Below, piece after piece: positions 45,034-54,461 of a stretch of 64,000 nucleotides of DNA; the first letter of the stretch is position 1; the number at the start of each line of letters is the position of its first letter. Below the pieces are notes generated by a model that ran no database searches, was not told the origin of the DNA, and saw nothing but the letters and a program-made list of their open reading frames with translations. The position numbers and the translations under genes are program-made. The stretch covers positions 142,061 to 206,060 of the forward strand of contig CAYWDX010000002.1 in the NCBI GenBank assembly GCA_964456235.1, written 5' to 3'. Origin of the DNA: an uncultured Candidatus Saccharibacteria bacterium. Its GTDB lineage: Bacteria; Patescibacteriota; Minisyncoccia; UBA6257; 2-01-FULL-56-20.

Positions 45034-45094
45034 AGTCGGGAGAACGGTACGATTATAGCCGAAATAAGCATTTCCTGTCAACCGGAAGGCCCGG

Positions 45095-46855
45095 CTAGTT
45101 CGTTGTTATTTGGATTTTATCGGGGTTCGATGGGATGCTCCAAAGCCACATCGGCCACACCGCGAGCTTCCCGTTCGTAAGCCCCGGGATCGCCGCGATC
45201 GCGGCCCGCGCCTCATTCACGCTTTTCCCCTCGATCATTGCCTTAAAATTATCTGCCGGAAACGACCGCTCCAGAGTTCCATTCACCGCTGCGGCAAAAG
45301 AAACTTTGCCTTTCACAAAATCAGCATGGATGTTGCTGTATGAAATAACGATCGACTTCCACATCGGATTCTGGATCGAAGTTTGGGTACCTGCAACGCC
45401 GAGCAAATCATCCCTGAATGCCGCCTCATCAAAACCGATCGCCTGGAGCGTGGCCTGACCGAAGACGCTGAAATTGCCATTCGCGTCGGTTGACGTGCTC
45501 ACGGTCAGTTTTGTGACCGCGATGTTCGTCGCGCCATCCAAAATTCTGAAATTATTCGGGTAGCTCGCGGTGAGGTTGCTCGAAAGGCTCGATTGCAGCA
45601 ATGCCGTCACTTTGGTGCGGGCGTTCGCGATGTCCGCAGGCGTGGGAACGGGGTGGGTGCCGGTGGCTCCGCCTGAAGCGCCGTTCAAGAGTGCTCCGGA
45701 GAAGCCGTTATATTTTGGCGTACCCTGGAAACCCGGGATGGTGAGTTTAGAAACCACGCCCACGTTGTAACTCGGGCCCGGCTGATCCGCCACGACGGTC
45801 GCGGTAATAGAAGACGGCGTGATTTTGCCCCCAGACACTTGGGCGCCTGGCACCGTCACGCTCGCGGCCAGGCGGAAAATCTTGCCATCAGGCGTGACAA
45901 ACCGCGTTTTCGCGACCAACTCCTGCGCCGCCGAGCTGTAGGCGTTATATATAGTGAGCGTCCCCTGCGCTTTGGTCGAAACATTCGCGCTCCCCGAGGC
46001 CGGATAGAGCTGCGTCGTGTTCTTGCTCGCCGTGAAGACCTGGCCCGGGATCACGTTCGTCGTCATAGTGGGCGCAGAAATAGTTTTGTCAGCCGCGTAG
46101 AGCGCGGTATTGCTCCACGGCGTCTTTTGAAAATCGATCGCGATTGCGGCGTGACCGAAGGCGCTGGTTACGAACCACAGAACGAGCAGGACGACGAGGA
46201 AAATTCCCGCAATCCAAACCCACGCCCGGCCCTTCCCGCGGCGACCGTTCCGGCGGCTCCGATGTTGCCCGCCGCCATCCTCATCTTCATCATCCATATC
46301 ATCCTCAAAAGAATCTTTGCCGCGCTTTCTGAAAAAGCGCTGCTCCCCTTCTTCAAAAGCCGCCTCTTCGGATGCGGCTGCCTCTCGCTCATCCGCATTT
46401 TCATCATCGTCTTCGCTCCGCACCACAAGACGGGTTGACTTCGTCTCTTCGGATTTTTTCTTGCCACGCCTGGCGGTTATTTTTTTAGTCGTGCGTCCAA
46501 TTTTCGCAACGGCGAGCGTTGCCTCAGGCAACATTTCCTCTGGCAACACTTCTTCGGCGACGGGAACGATGTCAGACATCCCGCCGGCCGCGCCTTGCAC
46601 CCCCCTCCACAGCGGGTGGCTCGCCTCAAGTTCGCTCTCTTTCGCAAGCGCGAGAATTGAGTCGTCAACCGACTCGATCGTTACGGTTTTGCCCGCCGCA
46701 TCAGCCTGCCTTTTCAACAAATGGAAATTCGCCGCCGAGCGCGCGAGGGGCGACCCCTTCGGGACCATAAGCATTATTTCGTTGTCGGGTTCGCTCAAGA
46801 GGAGTTCGATGACGTCGGCAATCTCCTGATCTTTTTCCACCGTAATTTTTTTCAC
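45095..46855 (-). CDS. hypothetical bitopic membrane protein (586 aa): cytoplasmic N-domain, acidic linker, one TM, large external domain
   Basis: N-terminal ~100-aa domain, acidic linker DDDENADEREAAASEEAAFEEGE, TM WVWIAGIFLVVLLVLWFV, Ser/Thr/Ala-rich external region. Confidence 0.5.
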   Translation of the reverse strand: MKKITVEKDQEIADVIELLLSEPDNEIMLMVPKGSPLARSAANFHLLKRQADAAGKTVTIESVDDSILALAKESELEASHPLWRGVQGAAGGMSDIVPVAEEVLPEEMLPEATLAVAKIGRTTKKITARRGKKKSEETKSTRLVVRSEDDDENADEREAAASEEAAFEEGEQRFFRKRGKDSFEDDMDDEDEDGGGQHRSRRNGRRGKGRAWVWIAGIFLVVLLVLWFVTSAFGHAAIAIDFQKTPWSNTALYAADKTISAPTMTTNVIPGQVFTASKNTTQLYPASGSANVSTKAQGTLTIYNAYSSAAQELVAKTRFVTPDGKIFRLAASVTVPGAQVSGGKITPSSITATVVADQPGPSYNVGVVSKLTIPGFQGTPKYNGFSGALLNGASGGATGTHPVPTPADIANARTKVTALLQSSLSSNLTASYPNNFRILDGATNIAVTKLTVSTSTDANGNFSVFGQATLQAIGFDEAAFRDDLLGVAGTQTSIQNPMWKSIVISYSNIHADFVKGKVSFAAAVNGTLERSFPADNFKAMIEGKSVNEARAAIAAIPGLTNGKLAVWPMWLWSIPSNPDKIQITTN

Positions 46856-46940
46856 CTAAGTAGTATAACACAGCACCGGCGGGGCTTAGAACTGCTTGGC
46901 GCCCTGCCGGAGCCCTGCCCGAGCCGCGGCTATTTGGATG

Positions 46941-48110
46941 CTACGTCCGAGCCAACCAGTGGAGACGCCGGCGCAATTTCCGATTGATCGTGGAATCGCC
47001 CTTATCGAAATATGCCTCAAGAAAATAAAGCAGCGGATGAAGGGCGGCATCTTTTTTGTCTTCGCCTTCGAGATCCGGCGCGGTAAATCCGAGACCGGCG
47101 AGAATGTCCCGGACCGGCTCTTCCTCGATAGTGGTCGCGCCATGTTTGTGCGGCAGACTGAATGGCAATGGGTGTGGCGCGTCGATATGGAGAACACCTT
47201 CGACTTTCGCGCGGTCGAGTTCTGCGAGAAGTGCTCCAAGCGGCGGTTCAAGAATTTTTTTGAATGCGCGGCGCGAAGCGTCGGACATGGCGTCGCGATG
47301 GTAGAGGCAATACAGCTGGTCCGCAACGCCATCGCTCACGGCAAATTCTTTTTTGATTGCTTCGGTGAGCGCGCTGAAATTCCAAGGCAAGGATTCGCGG
47401 TATAACACGGGGTGCTCTTTCGCCTTCATGAAAACAAAAAGTGAGCTGGCGGCGCGGTCAGCGGTGATGAGGTTCAGCGGGAGGCGGCGGAAACGGGAAA
47501 GCGCTTTGAGCGAGGCTTGTGGCGCTTCAGAAAAATAGAACGCTCGCCTTCCCTCATCGTTGAAAAGCGGCTTCAAGATCTCGAACAGTTCGCGGGTCGT
47601 GAATGTGAGCGTGAGCAATAGTGAAACTTTTTTACCAGGAAGGCCGATCGGGGTGCGCGCCGGATTGCCGTCGATCGCAAAGTCTTCGGTGGCGGCCCCG
47701 ACGAGCACTGCATCGAGAACGGCGACGTTCAAGCGCTTCGAGGCCTCCGCGCGGCATCCGTTAAAAATTTTTGCCATGCCTTGGGCGATCAGGTTTTCAA
47801 GCTCCGCAAGGGTAATTTTTGTGCTGCCCGCCGCGTTGTCGCGCGTGAGGTTGAGTGGGATCGGGATCGTTGTCGCGAGCGTCGAATCCGCCACGGCGAT
47901 CACGCGCCGAGACTTACGGCGAAACATTGCGGGGAGCCAGCGCTCCCCGCTCCAACCGCCGTCGACAAATTCCCACAGCTGCCCGCGGACGCGTTTTTCA
48001 AAAACAATGCGCCGATCCTCATCGACGCTCATAGAGGTCGCGCGCGCAGACCCGGGCACAATCTCCAATATTAAGAATTTTTCTTTGGAGCGCAGAAATC
48101 CTGGTATCAC
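46941..48110 (-). CDS. putative actin-like ATPase (FtsA/PilM-like fold)
   Basis: N-terminal FLILEIVPGSARATSMSV resembles the phosphate-1 loop of FtsA/PilM/MreB-family ATPases. Length 389 aa. Confidence 0.35.
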   Translation of the reverse strand: MIPGFLRSKEKFLILEIVPGSARATSMSVDEDRRIVFEKRVRGQLWEFVDGGWSGERWLPAMFRRKSRRVIAVADSTLATTIPIPLNLTRDNAAGSTKITLAELENLIAQGMAKIFNGCRAEASKRLNVAVLDAVLVGAATEDFAIDGNPARTPIGLPGKKVSLLLTLTFTTRELFEILKPLFNDEGRRAFYFSEAPQASLKALSRFRRLPLNLITADRAASSLFVFMKAKEHPVLYRESLPWNFSALTEAIKKEFAVSDGVADQLYCLYHRDAMSDASRRAFKKILEPPLGALLAELDRAKVEGVLHIDAPHPLPFSLPHKHGATTIEEEPVRDILAGLGFTAPDLEGEDKKDAALHPLLYFLEAYFDKGDSTINRKLRRRLHWLART

Positions 48111-48148
48111 AATCTAAGTGTAACGCCCGATTAAAATTTCGTTAAGGA

Positions 48149-49999
48149 TCAATTGACAACGCCCCGCACGCGGCGGACGCCCTGACCGACCGCCTCCTCT
48201 TTAGCGATGCGGAATTGGCCGATTGCGCCCGTGCGTGTGACATGCGGACCACCACAGAACTCCTTACTCCACGCGGTTTTGAGATCGTGGCCAACAAAAT
48301 ATACTTTCACGCGATCCGGATATTTTTCGCGGAAGAAGTGCAGCGCGTCAACTTTTTCAGCTTCCTCTTTCGACATTTCCTCGAACTGCACCGGTAGATC
48401 CTCTTTTATTTTTTCATTGACAAGCGCTTCAACGCGGGCAATTTCTTCGGGCGTAAGCTTGCGCGGAAACGGAAAATCGAACCGCGTGCGCTCCGGCGTG
48501 ATGTCCGATCCGAGCTGGTGCACTTCCGGCCCGAGCACGTCGCGAAGCGCGCGCTGCAGCAAGTGCGTGGCCGTGTGGAGGCGCAGCACTTTTTTTAATT
48601 CTTCTTCGTTGCCGGCTTTCAACTCGCCCGTGTCGAGGATCAAGCCATGGCCGCCGAATTTTTTTTCAGCGCCCGTCCGGGATTTTTCCTGGTGCTTGCG
48701 GAACTCGATCATGAATTGTTCCAGGCTGAATTTATAAAACCTATCTTCGAGCAATTCTCGGATAAGTTCCAGCGGGAACCCATAGCTCTGATAAAGATCG
48801 AATGCCTCTTTCCCGACTTCTTGGTACATAACAAAAGGATGGTATGATTCACCGCTTTTCCCATCTTCAGCTTGCATACCAGGAAATCTTTGCTGAAATT
48901 CCCTCAGTCCTTTTTTAATAGTCTTATTAAAAAAATCAAGCTCAACCTCAAAAACCCCTAATATATTTTGTTTTTTCAACGCTAGCTCTGAATAAGATGC
49001 TTCTACTGCATAGAAATCGATCGTGTTGTCCAGCAAATTCATTAGATAATCTTTACCAAGTAAAAAATTATTTTCTTGAATCTCTGATTTATTGGCGTGT
49101 ATCATGGCTCGTCGGATCAATCTTCGAAGAATATAACCAGCTCCCTTGCTAGATGGAACTACGCCATCCGCAATGAGGAAAGCGGATCCACGGAGATGAT
49201 CGGCAATGATTCTCGCACTCTTTATATCTTCGCCGCCCCTAGAGAGTATATTGCGAAAAGGCGCAAAAAGATCGGTCTCAAAAATATTTTTCTTTTGCTG
49301 GGAAATCATCGCCAAGCGCTCCATCCCCATGCCGGTGTCAATGCCCTGGATTCCAAGCTTGGCGAGATTCGCCTTGCCCTGTAACAAAAGCTCGCGTGAG
49401 CCGTCGCAAAGAAACTCGTTAAAAACGACATTCCAAATCTCCACATCCTTGCCGGCCTCATTCTTGCAATAGATCTCGGTCGTTGGGCCGCAGGGGCCTG
49501 ACGTCCCGGTTGGACCCCAAAAAACGTCTTCCATCCCCTCTTCGCGAATATTTTCATCGGCAATGCCAAGCTGGCGCCAAATTGCGCGCGACTCATTATC
49601 TTTCGGCACCGCATCTGAACCCTTAAACACCGTCACGTAAGAAATCGGGAGGCCCATCTCCTTCGTGATGAAGTCGTGTGCAAATTTTATCGCTTCTTTT
49701 TTCCAGTAACCGCCAAAGCTGAAATTGCCGAGCATCTCGAAGAACGTCAGGTGCGATTCATCGCCCACTGCGTCGATGTCGGACGTGCGGAACGATTTCT
49801 GGATCGAGGCGGTGTTCTTCGATTTGAAATCCGCCATGGGATCAAGCTCTCCCGTATAGTAGCGCTTGAACTGCTGCATGCCGGCCGTCGTTAAAAGCAC
49901 CGACGGATCGTCCGGAATTAATGAGGATGAGGGCACGACGGCGTGGCCATTGCGAGCAAAAAAATCCAAAAATTTCTTCCTGATGCCAGCGGAATCCAT
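48149..49999 (-). CDS. alaS: alanine--tRNA ligase (short form, 616 aa, no C-Ala domain)
   Basis: MDSAGIRKKFLDFFARNGHAVVPSSSLIPDDPSVLLTTAGMQQFK (AlaRS N-terminus), class II motifs, editing-domain HTATHLL...CGGPHV. Contains a conspicuously AT-rich in-frame segment at ~48850–49110. Confidence 0.85.
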   Translation of the reverse strand: MDSAGIRKKFLDFFARNGHAVVPSSSLIPDDPSVLLTTAGMQQFKRYYTGELDPMADFKSKNTASIQKSFRTSDIDAVGDESHLTFFEMLGNFSFGGYWKKEAIKFAHDFITKEMGLPISYVTVFKGSDAVPKDNESRAIWRQLGIADENIREEGMEDVFWGPTGTSGPCGPTTEIYCKNEAGKDVEIWNVVFNEFLCDGSRELLLQGKANLAKLGIQGIDTGMGMERLAMISQQKKNIFETDLFAPFRNILSRGGEDIKSARIIADHLRGSAFLIADGVVPSSKGAGYILRRLIRRAMIHANKSEIQENNFLLGKDYLMNLLDNTIDFYAVEASYSELALKKQNILGVFEVELDFFNKTIKKGLREFQQRFPGMQAEDGKSGESYHPFVMYQEVGKEAFDLYQSYGFPLELIRELLEDRFYKFSLEQFMIEFRKHQEKSRTGAEKKFGGHGLILDTGELKAGNEEELKKVLRLHTATHLLQRALRDVLGPEVHQLGSDITPERTRFDFPFPRKLTPEEIARVEALVNEKIKEDLPVQFEEMSKEEAEKVDALHFFREKYPDRVKVYFVGHDLKTAWSKEFCGGPHVTRTGAIGQFRIAKEEAVGQGVRRVRGVVN

Positions 50000-50053
50000 T
50001 TCTCAAAATTAAGCCAAAACAAGGCGAATTGCAATTTTCCCGCCCTCCTCACC

Positions 50054-50137
50054 CGTGGAACCGCCGGGACTTGCACCCGGTTCGCCAGGTGGTAACCATG
50101 GCATCCTACTCCATGAACGACGGTCCCATGTTCCACG
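50054..50137 (-). ncRNA. structured RNA element in the alaS 5' leader: 10-bp inverted repeat closing a multi-hairpin core; candidate regulatory leader
   Basis: CCCGTGGAAC...GTTCCACGGG (10 bp perfect) encloses internal hairpins (CATGG-9nt-CCATG; CCGGG-TGCAAGT-CCCGG). An alternative tRNA-like fold is possible, with acceptor GGGACCG/CGGTTCC containing a G3·U70-type pair. Confidence 0.3.
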
Positions 50138-50187
50138 GGTATCACAACCCTACCAAAAGAGTGTTAAATTTTGGCTCAATTTTTTAT

Positions 50188-50224
50188 TAAAAATAAAAAA
50201 TATAAATAGCTGCCGAAGCAGCTA
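50188..50224 (-). terminator. intrinsic terminator downstream of rpoD (UUCG tetraloop)
   Basis: Minus strand: AGCTGC-TTCG-GCAGCT-ATTTATATTTTTTATTTTT. Confidence 0.65.
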
Positions 50225-50356
50225 CTTATATACCACCTGGCTTTCATACCGACGTCACGGGACTTCGGATACCATGTCTGAATAATGCTATGGCGGCAGT
50301 CGCCAAAAGTCAACGGTCTCTTAATTATTTTTTAATGAAGGTCGCCGGCGAACGCA

Positions 50357-51592
50357 CTAGGTAAGGCTTTCGAACCCCTCGAGTGCCGGCGCCTTGCCGT
50401 GTTCCCGAACTTTCTCAAGCGCTTTCGCTTCAATCTGGCGGATGCGCTCACGCGTGACGCCGAACGCCTTCCCTACTTCTTCAAGCGTGTGGCTAATACC
50501 GTCCTCAAGGCCGAACCGCATCTTTAAAATCTGTTGTTCACGCTCGGTGAGATCGATCATAATTTCCTTAATGAGGTCGCGGAGCATGGCGCGGGCGGTG
50601 AGCTGGGACGGCGTCGCGTTGCGTTCGTCCGGAATAAAGTCGGAAAGCGTGGAATCTTCCTCGTCGCCGATCGGCGTTTCAATCGAAAGCACTTCTTGCG
50701 AAATTTTTTGGATGTGGCGGACTTTATCAACGTCGATGCCCATCTCGGCGGCCACCTCTTCGGCGAGCGGATCGCGCCCAAGTTCCTGGATAAGCTGCCG
50801 GCGCACCTGCGTGTACTTGGAGATCGTTTCTACCATGTGGACCGGGATGCGGACGGTGCGCGATTGGTCGGCGAGCGCGCGCGTGATCGCCTGGCGAATC
50901 CACCACGTCGCGTAAGTGCTGAATTTAAAACCACGGCGATAATCAAACTTTTCAACCGCGCGCGAAAGGCCGATGTTCCCTTCCTGGATCAAATCCAAAA
51001 TGGAAAGATGCGGCGTGCGGTTCACATATCGCTTCGCAATCGAGACGACGAGGCGCAGGTTCGCCTTCATCAATCTTTGACGGGCCTCTTCGTCGCCCTT
51101 CTCCGCACGCTTCGCGAGCTCGCGCTCTTCGTCTTTTGAAAGCAGCGGCGTTTTGCCGATTTCTTTCAGGTACATCTGCACGGCGTCGGGCACGTCGCCT
51201 TCAAATGCGAGCGAGTCGTCAACGCTCGCGCCGTTTTCATCTTTTGAGAAATCAATGAGGGCGCTCGTCTCGATCACCTTGATGCCCGCCTTCTCGAGGC
51301 GGTCATAAATCTCGTCGAGCAGTTCAACGCTGTCCTCAATCTTGGGGAAATAATAGAGGATCTCGTTATCAGTCACAAAACCGCGCGGCCGCCCCCGGTC
51401 AATGAGCTCGTTGATCTCGCCGTTATGCTTCGCGAGATCTTTTTCAAACTTGGTAAGCGGCTTTTTCTTGGCATGTTTCTTGGGCGTCCGGCGGGCCGGG
51501 CGGCTTGATTTCGAGGCCTTTTTGAAATGTTTCTTAGGCGGACGCTTCTTAACGCCGCCTTTTTTATGAGGTTTGCGAGGCATAGCCATCAA
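50357..51592 (-). CDS. rpoD: RNA polymerase sigma-70 factor
   Basis: Region 2 [40 protein letters not shown], region 4 ...[24 protein letters not shown]. Lys-rich N-terminal tail. Confidence 0.9.
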   Translation of the reverse strand: MMAMPRKPHKKGGVKKRPPKKHFKKASKSSRPARRTPKKHAKKKPLTKFEKDLAKHNGEINELIDRGRPRGFVTDNEILYYFPKIEDSVELLDEIYDRLEKAGIKVIETSALIDFSKDENGASVDDSLAFEGDVPDAVQMYLKEIGKTPLLSKDEERELAKRAEKGDEEARQRLMKANLRLVVSIAKRYVNRTPHLSILDLIQEGNIGLSRAVEKFDYRRGFKFSTYATWWIRQAITRALADQSRTVRIPVHMVETISKYTQVRRQLIQELGRDPLAEEVAAEMGIDVDKVRHIQKISQEVLSIETPIGDEEDSTLSDFIPDERNATPSQLTARAMLRDLIKEIMIDLTEREQQILKMRFGLEDGISHTLEEVGKAFGVTRERIRQIEAKALEKVREHGKAPALEGFESLT

Positions 51593-51646
51593 TCAATAAT
51601 ACATTCTGTCTTATTTTTTGCGGGATGTCCAGACCGATCGCATGAG

Positions 51647-53473
51647 TCACGCCTCCGGCGCGGTCGGGAGCTTGCTCAATTCTTCAAGCGCGGCGCCCAA
51701 TTCAGATTCGTTGCCCCGCGCCTCCGCATTTTTGATTGCCTTCTCGAGGATGAGGCGGCGTTCCTTATAGAACTCTTTTGCAAGTTCGATCTTAAGCGTT
51801 GCTATTTCCTCGGCGGCACGTTCGCCGGAAGCGCGGAGCACGATGCCGTCGATCATTGCATCGAGCGCGGGGTCTTCGCTCTTTCGTTTGCCGGCTGCGA
51901 GCAAGCGCAGAATTTCTTTCTGGGTTGGATTGAAAAATGGCGCGCAGTCGTCAAGCATCTCGAAATCGTTTTTTGAAACCGCCGCGGCAAAAAGTTCTTC
52001 AGCGATCAGCTGGCTCCGCGATGCTTCCCGCCTCGCCGCCTCCCCCTCCTCCCGTGCTCCGGCCGCGACGGGGACGCTCGGCACCGTCGCTTTTTCGGCC
52101 TCTTCTTCTAAGGTTTTTACGGAGATGCCGGTGCGCGAAGCGAGTTCCGTAAACCACGCCGAACGCTCCACGGGGCTTGAAATATTTTTTAGCTTCGCGA
52201 GCACGGCGCGGAGCGCGCGCAATCCCTCGCGCGTTTTGAGGGCGGTCACATTCACGGCGCCGCTCGCGCCGGCCGCGGCACCCCCCATGCCGCCGGCCGC
52301 GCCGGTCACGCCTGGCAAATACTTTGCAAAATAAAATCGTGGCGCCGGAACGGCATCCACCACCGCGCGCCTGATATTTTCTGGATCGGCCTGTGCCGCC
52401 TCCGCGGCATCTTTAAACTGCTTCGGAAATTGCGCGACCTTCACGCCAAAATCGTTCGCTTCAGCAAGCTCGATCGCACGCTCGGCTGCTTCGGATCCGG
52501 CCTCATCATTATCAAAACTGACGACGAGCTCTTCGGCGAGGCGCCGCAACGTCCGCAAATGATCTGCGGTCAAAGCGGTGCCCGAGCTCGCGATCACGTT
52601 CCGCACGCCCGATTGGTACGTCATCAAAAAATCCATCTGCCCTTCCACGAGAAACGCCGACTTTGCATCGCGCACGGCGTCTTTACTTTTCCAATAGCCA
52701 TAGAGAAGGCGCGACTTCTGGAAGATGGGCGTCTCGGGGCTGTTTACATATTTTGCGATATCGGCGCCGCTGCCGAGATTCCTGCCCTCACCGGCCGTTC
52801 CCGCCGCGCGCGCGGCAATCGCCTTTTCGATTTGCGGCAGGATGCGCCCGGTAAAACCGACCACCTTCCCCTGATGGTTGTGGATGGGGAACATGATCCG
52901 GCCGCGAAAACGATCAAGCATCATGCCGCGCTCCGTCTTTATAGAGAGGCCCGCTTGGATCAAGTCCTGGGGCGCGGCGCCAGAGTTCAATAAATTCATT
53001 GAAAGCGCTTCGGGTTCGTTGGGCGCCCACCCCAATTCAAACTCCTCTATTATTTGCGGCGTGAGGCCGCGGCTTTTTAAATAATCCTTGGCAACCTGCG
53101 CCGCCGCGAGCGCCTTTTGGAAATATTTTTTTGCAGAATCATTCAAGTCGTAGAGCAAACCGGCATAGCGATACTCGGCGGGATTTTCTTTGCGGAGCTC
53201 GACGCCCGTCCGTTCGGCGAGCATCCGCAGCGCTTCGCCAAATTCGATATTTTCATAACGCATCAAAAAACCGAATACATCGCCCCCGAGACTGCACCCG
53301 AAACAGCGCCACGACTGGCGCTCCGGAGACACCATGAATGACGGCGTTTTTTCGTGATGGAAGGGGCAGAGCCCCTTGAAATTTTTGCCGGCCGGCGTGA
53401 GCGTGAGATAGCCGCGCAAAAAATCCACGATATCTAATTTATTTTTAATGAGTTCGGTCGTGGGCGAGGGCAT
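51647..53473 (-). CDS. dnaG: DNA primase
   Basis: Zinc-ribbon CPFHHEKTPSFMVSPERQSWRCFGC, and TOPRIM EGQMDFL...DNDEAGSEA. Confidence 0.9.
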   Translation of the reverse strand: MPSPTTELIKNKLDIVDFLRGYLTLTPAGKNFKGLCPFHHEKTPSFMVSPERQSWRCFGCSLGGDVFGFLMRYENIEFGEALRMLAERTGVELRKENPAEYRYAGLLYDLNDSAKKYFQKALAAAQVAKDYLKSRGLTPQIIEEFELGWAPNEPEALSMNLLNSGAAPQDLIQAGLSIKTERGMMLDRFRGRIMFPIHNHQGKVVGFTGRILPQIEKAIAARAAGTAGEGRNLGSGADIAKYVNSPETPIFQKSRLLYGYWKSKDAVRDAKSAFLVEGQMDFLMTYQSGVRNVIASSGTALTADHLRTLRRLAEELVVSFDNDEAGSEAAERAIELAEANDFGVKVAQFPKQFKDAAEAAQADPENIRRAVVDAVPAPRFYFAKYLPGVTGAAGGMGGAAAGASGAVNVTALKTREGLRALRAVLAKLKNISSPVERSAWFTELASRTGISVKTLEEEAEKATVPSVPVAAGAREEGEAARREASRSQLIAEELFAAAVSKNDFEMLDDCAPFFNPTQKEILRLLAAGKRKSEDPALDAMIDGIVLRASGERAAEEIATLKIELAKEFYKERRLILEKAIKNAEARGNESELGAALEELSKLPTAPEA

Positions 53474-53567
53474 ACCTATGCCTCGAGTTTACGCCGCGCC
53501 GCGGCGGCGCGCAAATGAAAAAGAAGCGGCCGCAGATGCGGCTTCGACGATGGTATACTGTAATTAA

Positions 53568-54461
53568 GTGCTTACTCTTTTTAATCCCCGGGGGATTGTT
53601 GCCGCCGCGCAAAGCAGCCTGATGCTTTTTTCGCTCGCGGTCATGATTTCGGTCGCGCTCGTCACGCTCGGCATCGCGTATTATTGTGCACAGAAGTATC
53701 GCGTGCGCGGCGCGAAAAAGCCTGCCGCGTCCCGCGCCAGAGCCGCAGCGCAGATCCGCGTGCAAACGCCGCCCCATAAGGCGATCGAAGCCCTGGAGCA
53801 AATCGGCATCTGGCTCATCCCGATCGCCATTGTCGTGATCCTTGGCCCCATCACCTGGCGCGCCGCGCACGCACTCGATCCGTATCGCCCACTCGCCGCG
53901 GAGATGACGCAGAAGCCGCTCACGGTGCAGGTGGTCGCGCTCAACTGGAAATGGCTTTTCATTTATCCGGAACAAAATATTGCTGCGGTGAATATTTTGG
54001 AAATTCCTGCGGGAGTTCCGGTTGATTTTGAACTTACCGCGAGCAATGCGCCGATGAATTCGTTTTGGATTCCGGCTCTCGGCGGCCAAATTTATGCTAT
54101 GCCCGGGATGATGACGCAACTGCACCTGATGGCTGACGCGCCCGGCGTGTTTGCCGGCAAAGCCGCGGAGATCAATGGGCCAGGATACGCCGGCATGACT
54201 TTCATAACCAAAGCCGCCACGCAACAAGAGTTTGACGCGTGGGTCACCTTGGTGAAAAAGGGCTCAAACCCGCTTTCTAAAGACTCTTTCGATATGCTGA
54301 AGCAGCCAAGCCAAAATATTCCCCCCGCATATTATTCATCGGTTGAAAATGGATTATTTAATGAAATTTTAATGGAAAATATGAGTGGCATGGGATCTTC
54401 GACGGACGGCGGATCCTCCATGGACAGCATGGGGAGCATGAACCATTCGATGAGCTATTAA
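53568..54461 (+). CDS. cyoA: cytochrome bo3-type quinol oxidase subunit II (no CuA ligands)
   Basis: Two TM helices then a cupredoxin fold with ...FELTASNAPMNSFWIPALGGQIYAMPGM..., matching E. coli CyoA (SNSVMNSFFIPRLGSQ) rather than the CuA-binding HxxxxxC.C..H motif. GTG start assumed; an alternative ATG lies at ~53622. Confidence 0.8.
   Translation: MLTLFNPRGIVAAAQSSLMLFSLAVMISVALVTLGIAYYCAQKYRVRGAKKPAASRARAAAQIRVQTPPHKAIEALEQIGIWLIPIAIVVILGPITWRAAHALDPYRPLAAEMTQKPLTVQVVALNWKWLFIYPEQNIAAVNILEIPAGVPVDFELTASNAPMNSFWIPALGGQIYAMPGMMTQLHLMADAPGVFAGKAAEINGPGYAGMTFITKAATQQEFDAWVTLVKKGSNPLSKDSFDMLKQPSQNIPPAYYSSVENGLFNEILMENMSGMGSSTDGGSSMDSMGSMNHSMSY

Noticed and set aside
50054-50137. Canonical tRNA gene (possibly tRNA-Ala or tRNA-Val) upstream of alaS
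   Set aside because: The T loop reads TGCAAGT (G at position 55) and the anticodon loop is GTTACCA (C37). The 10-bp closing helix conflicts with a 7-bp acceptor stem. It is kept only as a structured regulatory RNA candidate.
50000-50356. SRP (4.5S) RNA or T-box riboswitch between rpoD and alaS
   Set aside because: Neither the SRP domain IV motif (GGAA...AGCAG) nor the T-box consensus (AATTAGGGTGGNACCGCG) could be found by eye. Left as an unclassified structured leader.
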